DNA of 64,000 nt from Candidatus Anderseniibacteriota bacterium (GTDB lineage Bacteria > Patescibacteriota > Andersenbacteria > UBA10190). A program made the position numbers and the translations under genes. How positions within the stretch are numbered: the stretch's first letter is position 1; every line of letters begins with the position of its first letter. The notes under the pieces are model-generated. The model searched no databases. It was not told the DNA's origin and saw nothing but the letters and a program-made list of their open reading frames with translations. Below are positions 22,866-31,515 of this stretch, in pieces. The DNA lies in contig JACPWO010000004.1 in NCBI GenBank assembly GCA_016197005.1, positions 6,305 to 70,304 of the forward strand, written 5' to 3'.

Positions 22866-23471
22866 ATGCAACTCATCGACATTACGAGACCTATCCATTC
22901 CTCGATGGCCATCTATCCCGGAAATCCGGCGGTAGTACTGGAGGAGGCAGCGACCGCTTCGAATACCTCGAGCGCTCTGACAAGAATCACGCTCGGGTCA
23001 CATACCGGCACGCACATTGATGGGCTAAGCCACATTACAAAAGGTGCGGCTGGTACGGGCAGTTATGCTCTTGAGCCGTTCATTGGTGAAGCGCAAGTTA
23101 TAGCAGTAGATGCGGAAACGATTACTGCTGCTATTCTTCCGAAAACAGCTGTTGAACGTGTGCTCATTAAAACAAAAAACTCTGCGGTAGATATAAACAC
23201 ATTTGATCCAGATTTTGTTGCTCTTGATGAATCGGCCGCTCAGGAGTTAGTAAATCGGGGAATAAAACTTATAGGTATTGATGGGCCTTCCATAAAGAAA
23301 AAGGGCGTGCGTGATCGAACGCACGCTATTCTGTTAGATGCCGGGATAGTGATTATAGAGAGCTTGTGGCTGAATACTGTTGAAATCGGTTCCTACGAGC
23401 TCATTTGTTTGCCGCTGGCGGTCGATTTAGATGGGGCGCCAGCTCGAGTAGTTTTGCGCTCGACAAAGTAG
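22866..23471 (+). CDS. Cyclase family (KynB-like) metal hydrolase
   Basis: HTGTHID, GIDGPS, DGAPAR. Confidence 0.9.
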   Translation: MQLIDITRPIHSSMAIYPGNPAVVLEEAATASNTSSALTRITLGSHTGTHIDGLSHITKGAAGTGSYALEPFIGEAQVIAVDAETITAAILPKTAVERVLIKTKNSAVDINTFDPDFVALDESAAQELVNRGIKLIGIDGPSIKKKGVRDRTHAILLDAGIVIIESLWLNTVEIGSYELICLPLAVDLDGAPARVVLRSTK

Positions 23472-23496
23472 TCACTTTTCGCTACATAGTAAGCCC

Positions 23497-25377
23497 ATGA
23501 AAATACAGCCGCTTATAGCAGGAAATCGTTCAATTGGCCCCGGCGAGCCTGTTTTTATCATTGCCGAAGCGGGAATTAACCATAATGGCAGCGTAGAACG
23601 TGCTCGCCAGCTTATTGATGCCGCCGCTGAAGCCGGAGCTGATGCCGTCAAGTTTCAGAAACGGAACTTAGCCCAGGTATACCAAAAGAAAGTTCTGGAA
23701 AACCCTAATTTGTATGAACAGAAATACCAGTACTTAATCCCCCTCCTCAAAGAGTTTCAACTGTCCGATGAGGCATATGTTGAACTCGAACAACACGCTA
23801 ACAAACGAGGTATTATGTTTATGGTCAACCCGTGGGATAAACAGAGTTGTGACGAAGTAGAAAAACTGCTCCATATCCCCATATATAAAATTGGCTCACC
23901 GGATTTTACGAATAATGAATTAATCGAACATATTGCCCGTACCAAGAAGCCACTCATTGTTTCTACCGGCATGGTGACGCCGAAGGAAATTGATGCCGGA
24001 GTAGAGTTTCTACGTACACTCCACGTCCCTTTTGCCATTCTGCACTGCAATAGCACGTATCCGGCTCCGTTCGATGAAATTAATCTGGCGTTCATGGATA
24101 CGCTCAAAAAATACAATGTGCCTGTGGGATATTCTGGGCATGAGCGTGGCACCGCTGTATCAATTGGTGCGGTTGCCAGAGGGGCCACTATTATTGAACG
24201 ACATATTACCGTTGACCGGAGTTTAGAAGGACCAGATCACAAGGCTTCACTTCTCCCTCATGAATTTAAGGAAATGGTTTCCGGAATTCGGGAAGTGGAG
24301 CGCGCAGTGGGACTCGCGGTGAAGCGACTGTCGCGAGGCGAGATTATGAATCGAGAAATTCTGGCTAAAAGTATTGTCGCTGCCACTTTTATTCCAGATG
24401 GTGTTGTTATTACCCGCGAAATGCTTACAACGAAAAGTCCTGCCAAGGGGTTATCTCCTCAGCGAATGAATGAAGTGGTCGGGATTACGGCTAGTCGAGA
24501 TATTCCTTCCGGAGAAGCACTCACGGAGGATGATATTAGTGCCAACACCATTTTAGAAACATTTTCGAGTAAGGATGTCCTATGGAAGTGGGGACCAGTT
24601 GTTCGTTTCTCCGATTTTGAAAATTATTTGCGATACGAACCAAACTTATTTGAGTTTCACTTATCGGATAAGGACTTAGACGAAAAACTGCCTCAAGGAA
24701 AATGGAGTCAGGAAATTATAGTGCATGCACCGGAATATATGAAGCGGGTGTATCTCAACCCAGCGGCGGAAGATAAAGAAGAGCGGGCGATTGCCATTAA
24801 AACATTGCAGCGGTCAGTCGACCTAGCTCGAAAGCTGGGCGAATCCTTTTCTAGTACGCCTAAATTTATTATTCATCCTGGTGGTATTACACTGCAGCCA
24901 GCAGTGGATCCTAAAAAGCTACTCGATATCTTTGCGGATACACTTTCTCAGCTCAAAGCCGATGGTGTGATGCTGCTACCAGAAAATCTACCACCGCGTC
25001 CGTGGGTCTTTGGCGGGGAATGGGTAACAAATATCTTTATGTTGGCGGAAGAAATTGAACGCTTCCTTAAAGACACCGGTTACAGCATGTGCTTTGATAC
25101 TTCCCACGCGGCTTTAGCTTGTGAGGCTTACAACGAAGACTTACCACAAATGATTACAACGCTACAGCCATATATTCGTCATTTACATGTTGCTGACGGC
25201 TCAGGAACAGGTGATGAAGGGTTACAGGTAGGCGAGGGTACCATTGATTTTACAAAAGTTTTGTCTCCCCTAGCTGGGTACTCACATACAATGGTTCCCG
25301 AAATTTGGCAGGGGCATTTACATGGCGGGAAAGGTTTCTTGCAGGCAATGGAGCATTTGAAGCCGTACTTGAAGTAG
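23497..25377 (+). CDS. neuB: NeuB-family nonulosonate synthase + SAF domain fused to a xylose-isomerase-like TIM barrel
   Basis: IIAEAGINHNG, ADAVKFQ, GYSGHE, IERHIT, GPDHKASL; C-terminal PENLPP, FDTSHA, HLHVADG. Confidence 0.88.
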   Translation: MKIQPLIAGNRSIGPGEPVFIIAEAGINHNGSVERARQLIDAAAEAGADAVKFQKRNLAQVYQKKVLENPNLYEQKYQYLIPLLKEFQLSDEAYVELEQHANKRGIMFMVNPWDKQSCDEVEKLLHIPIYKIGSPDFTNNELIEHIARTKKPLIVSTGMVTPKEIDAGVEFLRTLHVPFAILHCNSTYPAPFDEINLAFMDTLKKYNVPVGYSGHERGTAVSIGAVARGATIIERHITVDRSLEGPDHKASLLPHEFKEMVSGIREVERAVGLAVKRLSRGEIMNREILAKSIVAATFIPDGVVITREMLTTKSPAKGLSPQRMNEVVGITASRDIPSGEALTEDDISANTILETFSSKDVLWKWGPVVRFSDFENYLRYEPNLFEFHLSDKDLDEKLPQGKWSQEIIVHAPEYMKRVYLNPAAEDKEERAIAIKTLQRSVDLARKLGESFSSTPKFIIHPGGITLQPAVDPKKLLDIFADTLSQLKADGVMLLPENLPPRPWVFGGEWVTNIFMLAEEIERFLKDTGYSMCFDTSHAALACEAYNEDLPQMITTLQPYIRHLHVADGSGTGDEGLQVGEGTIDFTKVLSPLAGYSHTMVPEIWQGHLHGGKGFLQAMEHLKPYLK

Positions 25378-25394
25378 TATATATACAAAGACTT

Positions 25395-26189
25395 ATGTAC
25401 CACTTAGAGAAATTTTACCCACCAAACTTTGACCCACGAGCGTACTGGGATGCCCGCTATGCTCAAGAACACATTGCCGGCAAAAGTGCCGATGAGTTTC
25501 GTAAACAAGGCTTTTGGCCGCTGCTAGAAAAAAACCTTACGAAAGATAAGCGATATCTCGATGCCGGGTGTGGTGTTGGTGGCTGGGTCATATTTCTGGA
25601 TGAAGAAGGATACAACGTTGAAGGTATAGATATTGCCGCGCGCATCATTCGTGCCTTAACAGAGTACAACCGTGACCTCAAAGTAAAAGTTGCGGAGATG
25701 ACACAAATTCCGTATGCCGATGCTTCGTTTGATGGTGTGCTCGCTATTGGTGTCCTTGAATATGTTGAGGGCAAGGTGCCCATTGCGTTAGCGGAAACCG
25801 GGCGAGTATTGAAACCAGGCGGCATGCTCTTCTTGGAAGTTCCCATGGCGAATGCGCTGCGTCGTTGGGTATATCTGCCGCTTAAGAAAATTGAAAAGCT
25901 GGTAAAAACTACTCAAGGCAAGCAGCCGACATTTGCTAGTTACCTCTTTACTCACCGCAGTCTTATGGAGCAACTGAGTAAAGCTGGTTTTGAGATTGTA
26001 GAAGTGCGTCCCCATGAATTGCCAGAATCCGACTCACATTACGGTTTGTATATAGATTGGAAAATATTGCGAGGCAGTCAGCCCTACAAGCTCAATATAC
26101 TTGGTCGAATCGTGAAGGCGGTAGCTAATTTCCTTTCGCCTTGGATTGCTTCAACCGGTATGGTGGTAGTAGCTCGAAAGAAACTATGA
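25395..26189 (+). CDS. Class I SAM-dependent methyltransferase
   Basis: LDAGCGVG, RVLKPGG. Confidence 0.88.
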   Translation: MYHLEKFYPPNFDPRAYWDARYAQEHIAGKSADEFRKQGFWPLLEKNLTKDKRYLDAGCGVGGWVIFLDEEGYNVEGIDIAARIIRALTEYNRDLKVKVAEMTQIPYADASFDGVLAIGVLEYVEGKVPIALAETGRVLKPGGMLFLEVPMANALRRWVYLPLKKIEKLVKTTQGKQPTFASYLFTHRSLMEQLSKAGFEIVEVRPHELPESDSHYGLYIDWKILRGSQPYKLNILGRIVKAVANFLSPWIASTGMVVVARKKL

Positions 26190-26968
26190 ATGCCTTTGAT
26201 TTACATGGAAAAGTAATACTTGTAACCGGCGGGGCGGGATTCTTGGCGGAACATTTTGTTACATCCTTACTTGAAGCTGGTGCCAAAGTTGCACTCGCAG
26301 ATATTGCCCTTAAGGCAGTACAAGCAAGAGCGCAAAAGCTCAGGGAAAACGTAGTACCGGTACACATGGATGTTACAAAACAGGATTCCGTTGATGAGGC
26401 GTTTGCAGCTGTCATAAAAGAATTTGGTCGTATTGATGTCGTTGTAAACAACGCAGCTATTGATCCGAAGTTTGATCCTAATTCTTCTGCCAATACCAAA
26501 GTATTTGAGAATTACCCAGAGGAAGCAATGGAGCAGAGTGTTGATGTAAATATGCTCGGTACCTGGCGGGTAAGTAAGGCAGCAGTGAAACACATGCTCG
26601 AGAGCGGTGGCGGAAACATTATTAGCATTTCTTCGATGTATGGCCTAAGTGTTCCCCACCAAGATATTTATCCCGAAGGCACACAGAAACCAGTGGACTA
26701 CGGTATGACGAAGGCAGCTATCCAGTACTTAACAAAATACATTGCTGGTACCTACGGTCAGAAAAATATTCGGGCCAATGCATTGGTACTAGGTGGAGTG
26801 TTCAAGAATCATGACGATGCATTTGTTGAGAAGTATGCCAAGTACACCATGCTCGGGCGTATGACTGATCCAGCAGAAATTGGTGCTCCCTTGGTATTTC
26901 TTGCTTCCGAAGCTTCAAAGGGTATGACAGGACATCTTTTGGTAGTTGACGCCGGTTGGAGTGCTTGA
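26186..26968 (+). CDS. SDR oxidoreductase (PtmA-like)
   Basis: TGGAGFLA, NNAA, YGMTK. Confidence 0.88.
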   Translation: MNAFDLHGKVILVTGGAGFLAEHFVTSLLEAGAKVALADIALKAVQARAQKLRENVVPVHMDVTKQDSVDEAFAAVIKEFGRIDVVVNNAAIDPKFDPNSSANTKVFENYPEEAMEQSVDVNMLGTWRVSKAAVKHMLESGGGNIISISSMYGLSVPHQDIYPEGTQKPVDYGMTKAAIQYLTKYIAGTYGQKNIRANALVLGGVFKNHDDAFVEKYAKYTMLGRMTDPAEIGAPLVFLASEASKGMTGHLLVVDAGWSA

Positions 26969-26970
26969 AG

Positions 26971-27927
26971 CTAGACCGTTTGAGTTTCTTTCGGCCACCT
27001 GGAGGGGTCAATAAGGTTGGGGTCGGAAATGGCGAGAGCCTCAAGTTTGGCTATAATTTCTGGTGGTAGAGGACCAGCTTCAACTGCATCTTGCGCTGCT
27101 TTCAGGTGCTGCGTTTTCATAGTTCCGACTAACGCTGTCGAAATTGCTTCATGCGAGAGCACAAATCTAAGTGCGAGACTCGGAAGGTTTGTTCCAATTT
27201 CCAGTGCAATTTGTTCTGCTTGAGCGGCTGCCTCTTTTAAAGGAGTAAGCGCAGTGGGGAGTTTAGAATAATGTTTAGTAAGTACTCCTTTAAGCAATAC
27301 GGAGCGATTGATGATGTTGACTCCAGCAGCTGCAGCTTTTGGCAAGACATGAGGTACCATGCGCTGATCGAGAATGGAATAGGCGGCTTGGATTGTTTCA
27401 AAGAAGCCTGAATCTATAGCAGCCAGTGGCGCTTCCTCTCCACGAGTGGCAATACCGACGTGTTGTATTTTGCCTTCGTCCTTTAGTTTTTGCATCACTT
27501 CAATAATTTCACCTCGTTCAATTTGTTCTTTACTACCACCATGGAGTTGCACGAGTTGTAAGGAGTCTACTTGTAGCATGCGCAAGCTCTCTTCAATATC
27601 TACTCGGATTCTTTGTTCGAGCTCTGTGCCACGAGGATCTTCACCTTTTTCTAAAAACTGGGCTGTCTTTGTTCCGACAACCACGCCAGGCTTTTTAAGG
27701 ATTCCAGATTTTCCAATACGTTCTTCCGCTACCCCGTAGGCACGAGCAGTATCTATATATGTTATGCCCAAATCTACTACTTCGTTGAGAAGGCGAGTAG
27801 CATCGTCTTCGGAAATGAGTCCTTTTTGTCCCATAGCATAGTTAGCAATTCCAATCTCAACGGTGCCAAGTCCGAGACGAGATATTACTAGACCAGATTT
27901 TCCTAATTGATTCTTATTCATACGCAT
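26971..27927 (-). CDS. Aldo/keto reductase
   Basis: LGLGT, IDTARAYG, GKIQHVG. Confidence 0.9.
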   Translation of the reverse strand: MRMNKNQLGKSGLVISRLGLGTVEIGIANYAMGQKGLISEDDATRLLNEVVDLGITYIDTARAYGVAEERIGKSGILKKPGVVVGTKTAQFLEKGEDPRGTELEQRIRVDIEESLRMLQVDSLQLVQLHGGSKEQIERGEIIEVMQKLKDEGKIQHVGIATRGEEAPLAAIDSGFFETIQAAYSILDQRMVPHVLPKAAAAGVNIINRSVLLKGVLTKHYSKLPTALTPLKEAAAQAEQIALEIGTNLPSLALRFVLSHEAISTALVGTMKTQHLKAAQDAVEAGPLPPEIIAKLEALAISDPNLIDPSRWPKETQTV

Positions 27928-27931
27928 TCTT

Positions 27932-28399
27932 TTAGACTAACTTAGTAAGAATTTTTACTACAACTTTTCTACACAATTTATTTTTACTGTCAGAAACTTT
28001 TGGTCGATGAGCATCAGTGGGTAAAAATACAGCAAATGCCCCAGCTGTTAGATCAATGCTATTAAACTGGCTTGTTGATTGGTACAAGCAGTAGTCTTTT
28101 TTAATATCAAATTTCATTGTTGCGACAAGTTTGTCTACAGATGTCCAATCAATGACCTCCTCACCTTCTAAGCAAAAGTGTAAATCAATGTATTCTCGGT
28201 GAGCTTCGAAAACAGTAATTGATCGGGGCCTCGTTTCAATGGTGGTAATAGATGCATATAAATCGCGTCCGCGAATTTCATATTCTCCATCAGGTTTTTG
28301 CGAAGCCTCCGTTGTAATCCAAGATAACACTTCCTGCCACACTGGTTGTGGTAGCAATTTTTTATATATTTCGGGGTGATCAATGTGTCCTGTAGTCAT
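27932..28399 (-). CDS. YhcH/YjgK/YiaL (NanQ-like) family protein
   Basis: FEAHREYIDLH, FLPTDAHRP, RKVVVKI. Confidence 0.88.
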   Translation of the reverse strand: MTTGHIDHPEIYKKLLPQPVWQEVLSWITTEASQKPDGEYEIRGRDLYASITTIETRPRSITVFEAHREYIDLHFCLEGEEVIDWTSVDKLVATMKFDIKKDYCLYQSTSQFNSIDLTAGAFAVFLPTDAHRPKVSDSKNKLCRKVVVKILTKLV

Positions 28400-28439
28400 A
28401 ATTTTGCGTTTAGGATATCTATGAGTACGCTACAACCAT

Positions 28440-29255
28440 ATGGCTAATACCGTAAAAAATCCAAAGCGAGAAACAATTGAGGTAGCCGCTATTATTCCGG
28501 CTCGAGCAGGGCAACAAAGTATCTCATACAAGAATCTGCAAAAGCTGGGAGGCAAGACATTGGTGCAATGGGCGATTGAAGTGGCACTGGAAGCTACGAC
28601 TGTTGATGTCGTTATTGTGTCTACGGAAGATGAAAAGATTGCGGAAGAAGCCAAAAAGTTTGGTGCCTTGGTTGCTCCCCGCCCTGAACAATATTCTCAA
28701 CCCACGAGTGGTGATGGTGGTTTTTATCATCACGCGGTTACATGGATGGAAGAAGAATTTGGGTGGACGCCAGAACTTCTCATTAACTTACGTCCGACTA
28801 GTCCGCTGCGATTTGCCTCTGACATTGACGCGATGGTTGCGCATATGAAAAAGACAGAAGCTGATGGGCTCAAAAGTGTTATTCCAGCTCCACTCCATCC
28901 TTACAAAATGTGGCACTTGGAAGGAAAGCCTGAGGTGGGTGCTTCCGGCAAGCTCACTCCACTGGCAGATTTTCAAACTGATTTTCGAAAACAATATGGC
29001 CCTGATCAGCCACGACAGAAAGTGCAAAAACTCTTTCCCATCTTTTTCCAAGACGGACAAGTGGATATTACCCGGCGCAAGTTTGTGCTGCGTCCTGAAT
29101 GTTTAGAAAATGAAAACGTCTGGGGAGAAAACTTACACGGTTATGTTTTGGATCCACGTACCAGTACAGACTTAGATGAACCAGCAGATTTTATCCGAGC
29201 GGAAAAAATATACGAAGAGCTCCGAGGCGAACGTGGAGAAAACTCAGCGAATTAA
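28440..29255 (+). CDS. Acylneuraminate cytidylyltransferase (NeuA-like)
   Basis: AIIPARAG, KNLQKLGGK, LRPTSPLR, DLDEPADF. Confidence 0.88.
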   Translation: MANTVKNPKRETIEVAAIIPARAGQQSISYKNLQKLGGKTLVQWAIEVALEATTVDVVIVSTEDEKIAEEAKKFGALVAPRPEQYSQPTSGDGGFYHHAVTWMEEEFGWTPELLINLRPTSPLRFASDIDAMVAHMKKTEADGLKSVIPAPLHPYKMWHLEGKPEVGASGKLTPLADFQTDFRKQYGPDQPRQKVQKLFPIFFQDGQVDITRRKFVLRPECLENENVWGENLHGYVLDPRTSTDLDEPADFIRAEKIYEELRGERGENSAN

Positions 29256-29265
29256 GAATAACCAA

Positions 29266-29637
29266 TTACTTTTTCTTACTCTGTAGTTTCTTCTGGAGAA
29301 GTTTCAATCCTTCCGGACCTTTTCGAGCGGCTTGCTCTACTTGATTGCGCATTTCAGCTGGTAGCTTGTTCATAAATCCTTGCATGAGGTCGTGAGCAGA
29401 CACCTGTGTTCGACCCGATTTTTGAGCGGCAGCTTCCGCCGCCTTCTTAAGATCGCGACGTACTTTTCCTTTAAGGAGTTTCGGAATAGGGGCTTGAGCA
29501 AGCGTTTGCTCTAAAGCTTCAGTTGCCTCGCTACTCCAGGTGATTGAATCAGAGACAGACGAACCCTCGACAGGAGCGGGAATAGGAGCATTTATTGGTT
29601 TTTCTTCCTTTTTCTTTTTTCTAAAAAATGACAGCAT
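29266..29637 (-). CDS. Small helical protein, PCP_red/DUF2621-like
   Basis: WSSEATEAL...PIPKLLKGKVRRDLKKAAE pattern. Confidence 0.55.
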   Translation of the reverse strand: MLSFFRKKKKEEKPINAPIPAPVEGSSVSDSITWSSEATEALEQTLAQAPIPKLLKGKVRRDLKKAAEAAAQKSGRTQVSAHDLMQGFMNKLPAEMRNQVEQAARKGPEGLKLLQKKLQSKKK

Positions 29638-29654
29638 GTGGCTATCATACAGAG

Positions 29655-30380
29655 ATGATAAAACAGGGCAAGTATGTTCTTGAGGTAGAAGGCGAGCACA
29701 TTCCGTATCTGCTCCGTCGTTCTCGCCGTGCCCGAAATTTACTGCTCCACGTAGAGCTGGATGGTAGTGTTGAGCTGGTAGTTCCCTGGCACGCTCCCTT
29801 CCGTGAAGGGCTTCGCTTCATTCAAGAAAGAGGGCAGTGGCTTTTGGGACAACGTCGACGACAAGCCGTTCGGCAAGCGCAAGTAAAATCGATTGATCTG
29901 GTGTCAGATACTGCCTTGTCTGTTTTTGGTGAAGTAGTACAACTTCAAGTTGCAGTTGAACCAAAACGACGGAAGTCTTACCGAAAAGAGCACGAAGGAA
30001 TTTTGCAGGTGACCGTAGGAAATGCGGAACGTATCCGTCCTCAAGTTGAAAAATGGTATCGGATTCGAGCGCTTGCCTTCTTTAAACACGAAGTAACAAA
30101 GTTGATCGTGACTTCTGGATATAGCCCGGTACGTATTCGAACGAATGCAGCGACGACGCAGTGGGGTAGCTGTAATAAAAAAACAAATACGCTCACATTT
30201 AATTGGCGTCTAGCCTTAGCTCCCAAAGAGGTGGCATTATATGTTGTGGCGCACGAAGTGGCGCATCTTGTACACACCAATCACTCCCGAAAATTTTGGA
30301 AACTCGTGGCTAGCCTTCAACCAGACTTTGAATATCATCGACAGTGGCTACGGAGATACGGACACACTCTTTCTCTGTAA
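29655..30380 (+). CDS. YgjP/DUF45 (M48-like) metallohydrolase
   Basis: QWGSC, FNWRL, HEVAHL, NHSRKFW. Confidence 0.9.
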   Translation: MIKQGKYVLEVEGEHIPYLLRRSRRARNLLLHVELDGSVELVVPWHAPFREGLRFIQERGQWLLGQRRRQAVRQAQVKSIDLVSDTALSVFGEVVQLQVAVEPKRRKSYRKEHEGILQVTVGNAERIRPQVEKWYRIRALAFFKHEVTKLIVTSGYSPVRIRTNAATTQWGSCNKKTNTLTFNWRLALAPKEVALYVVAHEVAHLVHTNHSRKFWKLVASLQPDFEYHRQWLRRYGHTLSL

Positions 30381-30413
30381 CAAAAATCCCCGCCTTTGCT
30401 GCGAGGATTTTTG
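30381..30413. terminator. Bidirectional intrinsic terminator
   Basis: CAAAAATCC-CCGC...GCGA-GGATTTTTG between convergent genes. Confidence 0.7.
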
Positions 30414-30442
30414 ATTACTTCATAAAGTGATTTTGAAACTGA

Positions 30443-30568
30443 TTATACAGCCTCTTCTTTATCGCCTCCCATGTCACCTCCCATATCGCCGCCTTCGGTT
30501 GGAGTCGGGGTAGGAGCGGCAGTGTCGCCACCGTCCATTCCACCTTCTTCTTCACCATCGAACATCAT
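30443..30568 (-). CDS. Tiny acidic disordered protein (41 aa), not in the ORF track
   Basis: MMFDGEEEGGMDGGDTAAPTPTPTEGGDMGGDMGGDKEEAV, preceded by AAAGGGAGGTGAT. Confidence 0.7.
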   Translation of the reverse strand: MMFDGEEEGGMDGGDTAAPTPTPTEGGDMGGDMGGDKEEAV

Positions 30569-30705
30569 ACGTATCACCTCCCTTTCTAGAATTAGTGTGT
30601 AAAACTGCTCTTATTATAGCCCCAGTATAGCCGATTGAAACGATATCCCAAGAGGATCTTGCTATTCCTTTTGACAAAGAGTGAAAAATTTGGTATGAGG
30701 GGTCT

Positions 30706-30942
30706 ATGATTCCGTGGCAACAGTTTAAAGTTTTTACTGCTTGGTTTTCTTTGCTGTTTATTTTTGTCGGGCTCGCTATGGGTGCATATGTTTTAGAGCG
30801 CACTCATATTTTATACTTTGCATCCCTACCGCGATCACAACGAGTGGTGTCAGTGCCGGGCGCAATTTCAACGCAAATAATTGCTAATCCAGTTTTGCGT
30901 ATTCAAGTACCAGCCTCTTCCATATTTGCCCCAGCTGAGTAA
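30706..30942 (+). CDS. Small membrane-anchored hypothetical protein
   Basis: 78-aa ORF with N-terminal TM filling the gap before efp. Confidence 0.55.
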   Translation: MIPWQQFKVFTAWFSLLFIFVGLAMGAYVLERTHILYFASLPRSQRVVSVPGAISTQIIANPVLRIQVPASSIFAPAE

Positions 30943-30952
30943 GATACGGGGT

Positions 30953-31510
30953 ATGTTATCAATGACCGAAATACGCAAAGGTAAGATTATTAACCTTGAA
31001 GGACAGCCCTATCAGGTAACGTCAGCTAATTACCTGCGAATGCAACAACGTCGTCCAGTAATGAAGACAATCTTAAAGCATGTTCAAACCGGCGCGACGA
31101 GAGAGCATACGTTTCAGCAGTCAGACAAAGTAGAGGAAGCGGATATTGGTCGAACACCGTACCAGTATCTGTATCAGGATGATGGCACGTATACATTTAT
31201 GGATGATGCTACCTATGATCAAATTGAGCTTTCTGCGGAAATGCTAGGAGATAGCGCTCGATACCTTATTGAAGGCCAAACTATTGATATCGTGATGTTT
31301 GCTGGTGAGCCAATTGGGGTTGAGTTACCGATTAAAATTGAACGCAAAGTTATTGAAGCCCCAGAAGGCGTTCGGGGAGACACTTCTTCCAACGTCACGA
31401 AAGATATCTTAGTTGAAGGTAACCTGCGCGTAAAAGCTCCTCTCTTTATCAAAGAAGGAGAAGTTATTCGTATTGATACTCGCACCGGCGATTACGTCGA
31501 GCGCGCCTAA
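30953..31510 (+). CDS. efp: Translation elongation factor P
   Basis: IRKGKII, FMDDATYDQ, GVRGDT, IDTRTGDYVERA. Confidence 0.93.
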   Translation: MLSMTEIRKGKIINLEGQPYQVTSANYLRMQQRRPVMKTILKHVQTGATREHTFQQSDKVEEADIGRTPYQYLYQDDGTYTFMDDATYDQIELSAEMLGDSARYLIEGQTIDIVMFAGEPIGVELPIKIERKVIEAPEGVRGDTSSNVTKDILVEGNLRVKAPLFIKEGEVIRIDTRTGDYVERA

Positions 31511-31515
31511 ATATC

